From: Selaginella moellendorffii
Lineage: Eukaryota; Plantae; Lycopodiophyta
NCBI RefSeq assembly: GCF_000143415.4
Contig: NW_003314317.1
Coordinates: 496,001 to 560,000, forward strand
Reading direction: 5' to 3'
DNA: 64,000 bases
Part shown: one piece after another, positions 54,158 to 64,000 of the stretch
How the letters are laid out: the number at the start of each line of letters is the position of its first letter
How positions within the stretch are numbered: the first letter of the stretch is position 1
Position numbers and translations under genes: made by a program
Notes under the pieces: model-generated
The model's database searches: none
What the model saw: only the letters and a program-made list of their open reading frames with translations
Told to the model about the DNA's origin: nothing

Positions 54158-54346
54158 ATTGTCTGTAAGGATTGATCAAAAACAGCCTGGATTTTGTCAC
54201 AGGAACTGACACATTCGTTTCTAGAAGGATGGATTGATCTAACTTCCTTTTGAATTTAACTCGATTTTAATAATTTTTTACCTTTTTTCTTTTATCTTTC
54301 TAACCATTTTTATGATTTTAACCAAATAATAAAATCAAATTTATAT

Positions 54347-54367
54347 TGTGAGGTCCATGCACTCACA
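54347..54367 (+). mobile_element. 21-bp collapsed solo LTR of family A
   Basis: TGTGAGGTCCATGCACTCACA equals the LTR start fused to the LTR end through shared TCCA. Flanked by ATAT on both sides. Confidence 0.8.
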
Positions 54368-54417
54368 ATATGATATTATTTTTATTAGGAAATCCTAAAA
54401 AGGTTCTTAAGTAAGTA

Positions 54418-55403
54418 CCTTTTGCACTCAGTTCCATAATACGTACATGCATTGCAGCTTGACTCCCCTTCCATAAGCAAGAATAATCTCGCTAATCATA
54501 GTCAGTTGTGTCACTTTGGTTTAGTAGTTTTCCTTCTGGAGATACCTACAAAGTTCCAACCTTAAGAAAAGAAGACAATTAAAAACCTCATACACAGAAA
54601 GACCCTCATACCCTTTATATCGTGAGGCCCTCCTTTAGCAACCCAGCCTTGAACATCCTCTATTTCACTCTTCACCTGGGCGTCTCCTCACCACATGTTT
54701 CAATCGCATCAGCATGCTCCGAATAGTCCACTCTTCTCACATGGTTTAAGAATTAAAACAAGCAAATGGTGTCGAGGGTATTCCTTGGGCCTTGATTGGT
54801 GAGTCTTGGATGATGATGTTGGTTCGATCAAGTTCCACGACCACCACAACTGATGCGGTCTTGTTTTAGATCAGATCTCAGGAACAGGAAGAGGAACGTA
54901 CATCCTCCGGCTCGGAGACCCTCAACGTCTATAAACGTATGACATTCATGCTTCTTTCCGTTAGCGAACAAGTGCTAGTATAGCTTTAGATAGAATTGTC
55001 AGACTGTGGAAAACGTTGGCTATCTTTATGGGGGCCCGATCTAGTGCCGCTGAGATTGCTCAACGATTTAACGCTATGTTTTGCTCTCAAACTGGAAAGA
55101 CAAGCTCGCATGCAGGTGAGTGCTAAATTCTTTGGATGCTTCTTCTTTGCTGTTTTCTTCCAAGTGTAATGAAGCAAATGGAGCTCAGAAACGTGAGCCA
55201 TCCATGAAGAAGTTAGACAAGAAGAAGCCGAGATCTAGCATGGCGGCAGCAGTAGCAAGGGGAGCAAGAGTCACAAGCGAAGGTAAGCACACAGGAATAG
55301 GATGTGAAGATAACACAATTGGGCGAGTGGTACTTAAGAAAGTAACAACAAGCAAGGCTGCGAGGAGGGAGAGGAGGAAATGTCTAGATTTCTCCCCACT
55401 CAT
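54418..55403. pseudogene. Deleted, decayed direct duplicate of 56545-58527
   Basis: Colinear blocks, e.g. 54420-54720 vs 56545-56985 and 54822-54842 vs about 57208-57228. Same novel junction at about 55215 and about 58330. Confidence 0.85.
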
Positions 55404-55429
55404 GTGATGCTTTCTATTGGCTTACCTCA

Positions 55430-56365
55430 ACGCTCCCTCGTAATCCAAGTGTCACCCAACCTAAGCCTAGTGCAGAATGAACAAATTTGTAAGGTCCTAA
55501 TGGCTTGGTGAGGATGTTGGCCAATCTCTCTCCCATAGGAACATAATCGATGTACATTACTCGTGCTTTGACTTATTCTCACACGTAATGGAACTGCCCA
55601 AGAATGTGTTTGTTGTGACCATGGAAGACTGGATTCCACGTCATTAATATGCTGCTTTGATTGTCACACCTCTTTAATTTTTGGATCAAGCTTCTTGTGT
55701 AACTAATCTAGAACATGGGCATATGTGGTGCAATTAACATGCAAAGATGTGAAATATCAAACTTCTTTCCAGACCACACTTCCTCCAGAGTTTGGCCACC
55801 TTTTAGTGCAGTGGTGGCTAAACAATTTTGCACATGCATCACCATAGCAAATGCCTTTTGCCAGAATGCCTAGCCTAATTTAGCATAAAAAAGAAGGATG
55901 CATGCTGCATTGTGTTTGATTCTTCCTCTCAGTGATACCATTTTGTTGTGGGGTGTATTGTGCAGTGATTTAGTGTTCACATGACAAAAGTCTTGAAGAG
56001 AATGGTTAAAATACTCCTTTCCACCATTAATTCGCAATGCGCTAATTTTCTGCTCTAAGATTTGTTTCAATGAAAACTTTGTAGTGTTTGAAGGTCTCTT
56101 AGCCTCGTGCTTTCCTCGCAAGAAGAATATGCATGTTTTACGATTGAAATCATCAACTAGCATCATGAAATATTTCACACCAAAGTGATTGGGAACATTC
56201 ATAGGCCCACACAAATCTGAGTGAACAAGTTCTAGTGGATATTTGTTTTGACACATTGATGAAGCAAAATTTTGCTGATGAGGATGTTTCCCTAGCATAC
56301 ATGTCTCGCAGAAGGGGTGTGTAATCTTTATCCCAAGGTTCAGCCCCATAACAATGTTTCATGTC
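55430..56365 (-). mobile_element. Ty1/copia remnant (GAG-pre-integrase/integrase)
   Basis: CETCMLGK...PLELVHSDLCGPM...YFMMLVDDF...LRINGGKEY, frameshifted. No LTRs found. Confidence 0.85.
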
Positions 56366-56525
56366 TTTATATCGGGAAGGAAGTATTGCCCTCAGTAAAG
56401 CAATTGACTGGCAAAAGGGTATTTGAGAGAAAGGCTAGGCTGAAAAAATCAATTTCTATAATTTTATATTTATTGATATTATTATTATCGCTTAACCCTA
56501 ACCGTACCACGAATTCATAAAAACC

Positions 56526-57001
56526 TTATGCCATAACTCTATACCCTTTTGCACTCAATTCCATAAGCTCTGCAAAAATTGCATCTTGACTCTCCTGCCA
56601 TAAGCAAGAATAGTTTCGCCAATCATAGTCAGTTGTGCCACTAGTTTGGTCCACCGATTCCAATACTTTTCCTTCTGGAGATACCTACAAATTTCCAACC
56701 TCAAGAAAAGAAGATGAAAGAAAAACAGTTGAAAACCTACCTTCTGGACCAAATACCTCACATATACATGCTCCTCATCATCCCACAGAAAGAGAGCCAG
56801 AGCCCGCATACCTTTTTCATCAGGAGGGAAGTATTGCCCTCCTTTGACAACCCAGCCCTGAACATCTTCTATATCAATCTTCACAGGGAAGTAATCCCTC
56901 TCAGTCACAGGATCGACGATGGGCGTCTCCTCGACAGAGAAATCCACCACATACCCGGGATGTTTCAACCGCATCAGCATGCTCCGGATAGCTTCTTCCA
57001 T
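56526..57001 (-). CDS. Two-exon orphan protein, about 139 aa
   Basis: Exon 57001-56741, GT-AG intron 56740-56685, exon 56684-56526 (VSPEGKVLES...GYRVMA*). Frame is open after splicing. Confidence 0.6.
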
Positions 57002-57254
57002 CTTGACAAAACCTAAAGCCTACCCTAAAGCATTTGGGCGAAAGGCTATTGAAAAATACAAGCGCTCCAGAATCATGAGCACACCGTATTTTTGTTCCGT
57101 GCAATGGTGCGGGCATCGCGCTATGCGAGGGTATTCCCGGGTCCTTGAGAATTCCAGAATGAAATGGAGTCTTGGGGCTTATTTACAAAGAGAAGATGCT
57201 AGATAACGTTCGATCAAGTTCCACGACCATGCGGCAACTCGGTGACACGGACGG

Positions 57255-58861
57255 ATGGAGCATTCCCTGGTAAAGAAAGCCTTTTCTTCGACTCAATGGA
57301 CACAATAGATTTTCAAGCCAAGACTTCTTGTGTGAATCAAAGGTGGGGTGTAACAAGCTCTTTACAGCTGATGCCACCTCTCAAAAGTGGTTCTACATCA
57401 GATCTCAGGAACAGGAACGTCCAACTGTGTATCCTCTGGCATTCGACACTCAGGAATTGTTTTCAAGTGGTTGCACACGGTTCAACTTCATTACAAACAG
57501 CTAACAGTATAACATTCATGCTTCTTTCCGTGTCCTTACCGTGTAAAAGTGATAGGATGCTATGGAGTGCTGGTACAGCTTTTGCCAGATAGAACTGGGA
57601 GAAATGCAAGTAGGCTGTGGAAAACATTGGCCATCTTTATGGAGATTGCTCAACAATCCGTTTTCAATCGTATTTGAAATGAAACAACGACCATGTGAGT
57701 TTGTCCTCCTTGGAACTCATCTCAAAAATGTGATGCAATAGTACCCTTCGTTGATCCTGGAGAGAAATCTATTGGTAATCAAGTTATGATACTGTTTTGG
57801 ATTGTTATATTGATTTGCAGTGGCTGCTTTAGGACGAACATCAAGCAGCATCCGAAGGTATACTGTTTACGTAACATTTGAACCTTTGAGGTTCGTTTGT
57901 TTTGACAGGTCTTGTTTCGTTCTACTATTTTTTTCGAGCGCGATCCTTGGTTTGTCTCGTGGAGAGAAGAATCAGTAAAGGCTGTAGTTTTTGCGTTCCT
58001 CTATGACACAAGAATTGTATTTTTATGAATCATGTCAATCTGTCTGTGACGAAGGCAAGTGTCAAATAGACCGAGAGCAAAAATTTCATTCCTGCTAAAG
58101 GAACTACGTAAACGTTGATACAATTGCTGTGGAGAGAACTTTCATCAAGCAGGTAAACATGATGTCCAGGATTTGTATGTTTGCTATGGGTGAATCTGCA
58201 GTCTCGTCGCAGCGATCTTGATGATCTGATACTTGTCATGCAGTTGATGCAATTTGAGAGCTTGACAACGATGTACATGTAATGAAGCAAATGGAGCTCA
58301 GAAACGGGAGCCATCCGTGAAGAAGTTGGACAAGAAGAAGCCGAGATCTTCCAAGCTCAGCAGCTCGGCAGCAGCAAAGGAAGGAGAGAGTCACAAAGAA
58401 AGAGAAGGCAAGGAAGGAACAGGATAACAACGAGCAGGGAGAGGAGGAAGGAAAGCAAGGTGAGGAGGGGAGGAGGGGAGTTTCAAGCTTGAGAAAACAA
58501 GGAAGAGGAAGAAAGAGGCCACTCATGAGTTTGTTTCATTGGATGAGACGTCCACGGTTCGAATCACATGGTTGTCTTCTTTCTCTTTTAAAATCTTCAA
58601 AGAGAATTTAGGGGTTTTAGCGCAGGGAGCTCGGGCAAGGGAATGCATGAGCTATGTGATCTTCATCGGCTCGATTGGTCGCGCTTTAGATCATGAGCTA
58701 CATTCATGAGGTATGGATCTTTATTGGGCTCGATCGCTTGCATTTTAGACCACGAGCTACATTCACAATCGCTACGCTTGCGAATTTGCAGAGAATATTG
58801 AGGTGTCCAGTGTGCCATTCTTGCATTCCCCGGAATTCTTTCCGGGAGTGAGATCTTCGGT
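57255..58861 (-). repeat. Inverted, circularly permuted, deleted copy of 32956-35724 (includes MHX 3' exons)
   Basis: Matches run 34979 down to 32956, then jump to 35724 and run down to 34992. Confidence 0.85.
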
Positions 58862-58956
58862 TCTTATTTTCCTTTCTATCATATGACATAGCCACGTGGA
58901 CCGTGACTATGCCACGTGGATGTCATACGTGGCAGTGTTTAAATCTTTTTGGCGGG

Positions 58957-59946
58957 ATGGTGCAAGACGGCTGGGCGCTTGCTTGCTTCTGTGATGCGCC
59001 TGATGTCCCTATCGTGCTCAAGGTAATACTGTCAATGCTAGTGAAGGAAATCCCCTAACAGCAGATCTCTGGTGCTTTGTCATGCAGGGGCAGAGCCTGC
59101 CTTTCATGGGAAGTGAGGACTATCTGATTAATCCTCTCGTCAGGCCGAGGGAAGGAATCCCCGCTCAGTTCCAGGTGTTGTTGCTCCCCAGCTTCAAATT
59201 TCAATTGCAGGTTTGTTGCTTTAGCTTTATCACAGGACGAGGTTCTAAGTCTTTTTTGGTTCTTTGTTCCAGGAATTATACAACATCAGTGCTTGTGGAG
59301 ATAACGTTCCCTTGGATGGAGCTCAGTCCCTGCTGCTCCCCTGCTTCAAATGGCAATCTCAGGTTTGCTGCTTTATAGGTTCTAAGTCATTTTTATTTTT
59401 TCTTCCAGGAATTCTCCAACATCAATGCTCGTGGAGATGACATTCCCTTGGATGGCGCTCAGTTCCTGCTGCTCCTCAGCTTCAAATGGCAGTCACAGGT
59501 TTGTTGCTTTCCATAAGCTTAGGTTCAACACAGAACGAGGTTCTAAGTTTTTTTATTCTTTGTTCCAGAAATTTTACAACATCAGTGGTCGTATACTCGG
59601 AGGTAATGTTCCCTTAGATGGAACTCGAGCTGCTACAAGCATAGTTCAAGAGTCAGATGCTTTGCTCATCATTGGCTCGACTGTAATGGTTTTACCAGCC
59701 TTTCGTCTTGTGAGGTAAGTGGTAGTGTGACTTTTCTTTGACTTGCGTTTGAATCGTTTCCCTCTGTTGCCAGTGCCACTCATAAGGGTAAAACTCGAGC
59801 CGACGAGATTGCTTGCTTTGAGATCGGGAGCTGTGTTGGTGAAGTGAGTTTGTCAATGGAACTCTCAAGTCTTGTGAGCATACATCCAATTGGCTGCTGC
59901 CCCCACAAAGGCGAGTGCATAGATTCTGAAACTCGCTATAATGTAG
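58957..59946 (+). pseudogene. SRT2: Chimeric gene or pseudogene carrying the C-terminus of an SRT2/SIRT4-type sirtuin
   Basis: GGNVPLD...ESDALLIIGSTVMVLPAFRLV and GKTRADEIACFEIGSCVGE(IL). The N-terminal NAD-binding and catalytic half is absent. Confidence 0.7.
59162..59625 (+). repeat. Three tandem exon-plus-intron units (about 140-165 bp)
   Basis: Repeated gctcagt..ctgctcc..gcttcaaat...cag|gtttg...ttccag|gaatt..caacatca..ggagataacgttcccttggatgg. Confidence 0.85.
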
Positions 59947-59978
59947 GTCTTATAACGTGTGTTTTTTTTATCGTGCAG

Positions 59979-60854
59979 GATTCAAGCCCCTCCTTGAGGA
60001 GGTGGAGAGATGTGTTCTGGGGCACAAGATCATATCCATCTCTATTCCAAGCCAGCAAAGTCAGCTCATAGAGCATGGTGAGCATTCATTTTACTCCCCT
60101 CAGAAAGCAAGATTTTCTGGTTCTATTATTTGTTTCTTGTGTAGGAACTATTGGGCTAGCACTACTTTGCAAGCAAGGATTCTTGGTTCTCTTTGATTCC
60201 TTGACAACTGCAACTGAAGGTGATGGGAGTGTTGTTGAGATGAGAAGGAACGTGCAGAAGATTGTCGAAGTAAGAAGTGAGCCAAGACTTCGAGTTGGCT
60301 TTGCTGGGGAAGTAGCTGCGTGTTGTCAACTCATCAAGCTTTTACAAGTGAAGCTGAGCAAGAAGGAGTTGACACATCATAATGCCGTCAAGTTCATGAT
60401 GAAGAAAGCAAACCTATTCTCAAGCACAGATGGCAACTTCAGTGCATCTTTCTTTGTCTACGATGAGAACACACTGGTGATGATCAAGGATGAAGGCAAC
60501 GGATTTAAGACAACAGCGCTTACGAAGGAGCAATCAGTGTTGGTCATTGGTTCCGGAGCACGACAAGCACGAATGATTCTTGCACAGCCGGTTCGAGGAC
60601 AGAACCATGGGGAAGCAGCAAGTGTGGGAGAAGCTCTTTCTTTGGGTCTCGACGCCTTTGCTCAAGCTTGTGTTGAGAATCCGGAATGTGGAGGGGATTT
60701 GTGTGTCATTGACGGCAGCAGAAACATCGACTTTGGTGGAATGGAGTTCAAGAAGGCACTTGCAAGTGCAAAGTCTAACTTTTCCTTCCAGTATGCAAGG
60801 CGAGGAGTGCAAAGAAACGCACTGAACATTAAGATTGCATTGTTTGACAAACAG
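59979..60854 (+). CDS. Divergent 20S proteasome beta-subunit-like (beta5/PBE-like Ntn hydrolase) core; extra small exons probably extend to about 61.6 kb; true start unresolved
   Basis: Intron 60078-60144 joins LIEHG to TIGLAL. D17 (FDS), VQKI, FAGEVAAC, VIGSG, EALSL, ENPECGG follow the beta-subunit pattern. Confidence 0.72.
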
Positions 60855-62929
60855 GTAATCCTCTCATCTTTAGCTCTGTCTGCTCTAGTTTTTTACTCGT
60901 CTTCTAGGAGGAAGCTGCTTCGGCCAGGGATTCTTCTGCAGAAAAGGTCCAGAGCGTCAAAGAACAAGAAAAGGTTTTCAATCCTTTTGCTATGGTTTGC
61001 TTTAGCTCAAAACCAATGTACAGGAACACAACCGAGGTGGTGCCACTCATTGCTTCCAAGAGTTCAAGCAGCATCAGAGGTAAGCTTGTTCACTGTAGAT
61101 TTCAGAACTTCAACATTCTTACAGGAGCATCACCAGCAGCCAAAACATCGACTCACGTGAATTGAAATCTATCAAAACTGTGGATGTGCTAGTAATGGTG
61201 TGTTATCCTTTTCCTTTACTTTGTTGTAGCTCAGGATCAATGTATAGGTTCAAAACCGAGGAGTCTATACGCTCGCCACTCATCGCTTCCAAGTCAATTA
61301 CAAAACAAGGGAGTTCAGCAAGCACCAGAGGTAAGCTCGTTCATAGATTCAAGGAATTCTTACCACAATACATTCTTACAGGATCATCTGGTTCTCAAAA
61401 AAGTGTTGCATGATTGTCTGGTTCTAGTGAGGGTAAGTCTCAATCTCTAACTCCAGCAGCTACACTAACATCCTTTGTCATACTACAAGCAGTGAAAAGG
61501 CTACGTGTTGGAACTGTATCTTCGAAGCATTAAGGTCTATTGAAAGTAAAATGGATGGAAGGTATGATGGATTGGAAATGTCAGATCGCAGTTAGAAGAA
61601 GAGGAACATAACCGTTAGTTCACTGAGAAGAAGAAGATAAGTGTTAGTTAAGCTAGAAGAAGAGGAAGATAACCATTAGTTCCTCAGTTGCTTCTTTGTT
61701 TGTATTTTTTACTGTCGGGTAAAGCTTTTGAGATATTTGCTTGGCCAGAGGGTCAAAATTATGATCTCACAATTTTCTATGCCCAACTGCATGGGATGGA
61801 TGACCCACGCACTCGGCTGCGAGATGGAAGAAGGGTCATAGGGAAATGAATTCCTCTCTCGATTGCAGCTGTTCTTGAAACTAGATATTGTTGACAGGAA
61901 GCAATGGCAGCAGTTCTCTACGACTGGAGTGCCGCATCACCGTCGGATTTGAAGGTAACAATCCTTTGGTCACCATCCAAAGCTTGGAGCGTTGGCAAGT
62001 ATACTCGAGCGGCATGAGCATTGGGCATTCAGCAAATTGATGCTATCCTCGGATCTTTGAGATGTATCTCAAGTGTGGGAGAAGCACTGGAAGAAATGGT
62101 ACCAAGTGTGGTATGGCCAAGGTGGTGCAAAACCAACAAGTAGCTGGGAACAAGGTAGGAATCTTTCCCTCATGAACTAGGAACTTCGATAGAGAAAATG
62201 AAAGAGAACTTGCTGCGACAGCTTTTAGCGCTAGGCCACAGAGACAATGGTCTCTGGAGGAAGAGTTGACATGAATGTCCAGCATTCCAAATTTTATTGC
62301 AAAGTGTATTATTTTAAGAGAAACTTTTCTAACAAGCTTTCAGGATCTTGTCTCCCCCTCAGTGGAGTGTGGAGGACCCGACCTCATTTAAGTCTTTGAT
62401 CATTGGAAACTTCACCTGGAAATTTGAAAAAGGAAATAGAAAAAGGAAATAGAAAAAGGAACAAAATATGTTCTGGTTAATTTATGTAATAAAATTAATC
62501 TTGTGTTTATAAATTAGAAACTGTGAGGGCCAAGTGTACAGCTACGATGCTGTATATTAATATTAGCGTAGTGGGATTTTGGTAGCCGTCGGATTGGTTT
62601 CAATCTGGACCACTCGCTCCTGTATATAAGTTAGGGTTTTTGGGCTAATGGATATGCACATTTCTGTATTCCCTTTTTATATTCCATGCACTCACATTGG
62701 TGGAGGTGAGGGGCACCTTTGATTGTCCCTGGGGAGTGCTTGGATTTAGGATTTTGGTTTAGATTTAGCTTTTGTATTGTCTAGATCTAGCTTTTTCCAT
62801 TTCCTTTCTTTTGTTCTTTCCTTTCAGGATTTTGGTTTAGATTTAGCTTTTTGCATTGTCTAGATTTACCATTTCCTTCCAGCTTTTTGTCATTTCTCTT
62901 CTTTTGCTTTTTCTTTTTCGTTCATCTTC

Positions 62930-63862
62930 ATGGCCGATCTGCAATCTCCTCCTTTGACTCTAGAGCAGCAGTTGGTTCAATTGCTTGATGCTATGCGCTT
63001 GCAATTGAACAACCAAACTCAATTGATGGTGGCATTCACGGCACGTGGTCCAACTCCTCCTGCTCTTGGTGCCAATCCTCGCGTTCGGCCGGAGTTCTTT
63101 CGTGGGAATCCTGGGGATGATGTGTACCATTGGTTCGATCACTTCATGGTGATTACTACATATCATTCTTGGGATGATGCTCGACGTTTGCGTGAGTTTC
63201 CCACGTGTCTCCAAGGGACGGCGTTGCAGTGGTACAATGGATTGAGTGCGGCCACTCGTGGGGATTGGAGTGTTCTTCCAGATATCTTCAAACGCGCCTT
63301 CAGACATGCCGACGACGGTGACGATGCCTTCCAAAAATTGCATCGTCTTCGCCAAGGGCCATCTGAGTCGGTGATGCAATTTGGCATTCGTTTCCGAAGT
63401 CTTTTGCTTCGTGCGGAGCCTAATATGTCGGAGCGGATCAAGCTAGGAATGTTGTGGCCAGCACTTCGTCAAGATCTTGTTGGCCTTGTGCATGCACTTG
63501 CTCCTGCCACCCTTGACGATGCTCTTCGCTTGGCACAACGTTATGAGACGTCGCCTCTTCCACTTCTTGCTACACGTCCTTCAGCTCCACTTTCTATGAG
63601 TGATGGTCCTGTTCCAATGGAGGTTGATGCTGCTGCTACTCGAGTCCAAGGACAAGGGCGAGGACGTGGTCATGGCCATGATGTTCATTGCTGGGCGTGT
63701 GATGAAGTTGGTCATACTTATCGGTGTTGTCGGCGCTTTCCGGATTGGCGACCTCCATTTCCTGGGTGGAGACCTTGGCGTCAGCAACGTCCCGTTGGTG
63801 CTGCTGCGGTGGAAGGTTTGGATACCGAGGTGCATTCGGGAAACGAGGAGTCGCGCGAGTAA
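62930..63862 (+). CDS. Gag of A2
   Basis: 310-aa ORF with a retrotransposon gag core (PEFFRG, LQGTALQWY, LRQGPSESV), PVPMEVDA and CWACDEVGHTYRCC knuckle. Confidence 0.92.
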   Translation: MADLQSPPLTLEQQLVQLLDAMRLQLNNQTQLMVAFTARGPTPPALGANPRVRPEFFRGNPGDDVYHWFDHFMVITTYHSWDDARRLREFPTCLQGTALQWYNGLSAATRGDWSVLPDIFKRAFRHADDGDDAFQKLHRLRQGPSESVMQFGIRFRSLLLRAEPNMSERIKLGMLWPALRQDLVGLVHALAPATLDDALRLAQRYETSPLPLLATRPSAPLSMSDGPVPMEVDAAATRVQGQGRGRGHGHDVHCWACDEVGHTYRCCRRFPDWRPPFPGWRPWRQQRPVGAAAVEGLDTEVHSGNEESRE

Positions 63863-63901
63863 TGGAGGGACCTTGCACGAATAAGTTAGTGACCCCTCCA
63901 T
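63838..63901 (+). promoter_or_regulatory. Putative -1 ribosomal frameshift signal (G GGA AAC plus pseudoknot)
   Basis: In-phase X XXY YYZ heptamer, 6-nt spacer, two interleaved stems. The -1 frame is open toward the protease. Confidence 0.75.
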
Positions 63902-64000
63902 CTTTCTTTCGGGAGTATCATCAAGGGGTTCACTTGGCACCAGTTCATCCAATGTTTACTTTCCAAGCTCGTTTTTATAACAAGAGGTCTCCTATTCTTC

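Larger units (their letters stand above)
62522..64000 (+). mobile_element. Young family-A Ty3/gypsy element (A2), truncated by the window end
   Basis: 175-bp LTR 62522-62696, PBS tggtggaggtgagggg 62698-62713, intact gag, start of the pol frame. Confidence 0.93.

Noticed and set aside
58885-58935. GCCACGTGGA x2 cluster as a promoter or transposon end
   Set aside because: Only ~20 bp from the candidate ATG and no matching partner terminus found.
61700-62300. Possible gene fragment
   Set aside because: Some splice-like signals but stops in all frames and no identifiable motif.

Overview
Eukaryotic land-plant genomic DNA. Very short introns (about 40-70 bp), tight gene spacing and a single-exon PLS-PPR gene suggest a lycophyte such as Selaginella (inference). 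Bases 1-5.9 kb are AT-rich decayed sequence with a 100-N gap and a bulb-type lectin ORF. Bases 5,934-30,969 are a four-element nest of Ty3/gypsy LTR retrotransposons, each with a readable TSD: old element A1 (about 175-bp LTRs) contains non-autonomous B1, which contains chromovirus C (reverse strand) and a second B copy, B2. Bases 31-54 kb are a compact gene island: MHX, an uncharacterised gene, a bZIP62-like TF, an HPt/AHP, ISWI, a class-3 lipase and a PLS-E PPR gene. Bases 54-62 kb are rearranged: a 21-bp micro solo-LTR, a copia remnant, an orphan gene with a decayed duplicate, a circularly permuted inverted copy of 33.0-35.7 kb, a sirtuin-fragment chimera and a divergent proteasome beta5-like gene. 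A young family-A copy starts at 62,522. Top findings: (1) short spliceosomal-type introns interrupting the integrase of chromovirus C, whose removal restores conserved motifs and frame; (2) a -1 slippery site plus H-type pseudoknot between gag and pol in family A, which also has 4-bp TSDs and a tRNA-Ala-like PBS; (3) an eccDNA-like circularly permuted duplication; (4) the beta5-like paralogue with a spliced HG|T processing site. All calls were made by eye, with no database searches.
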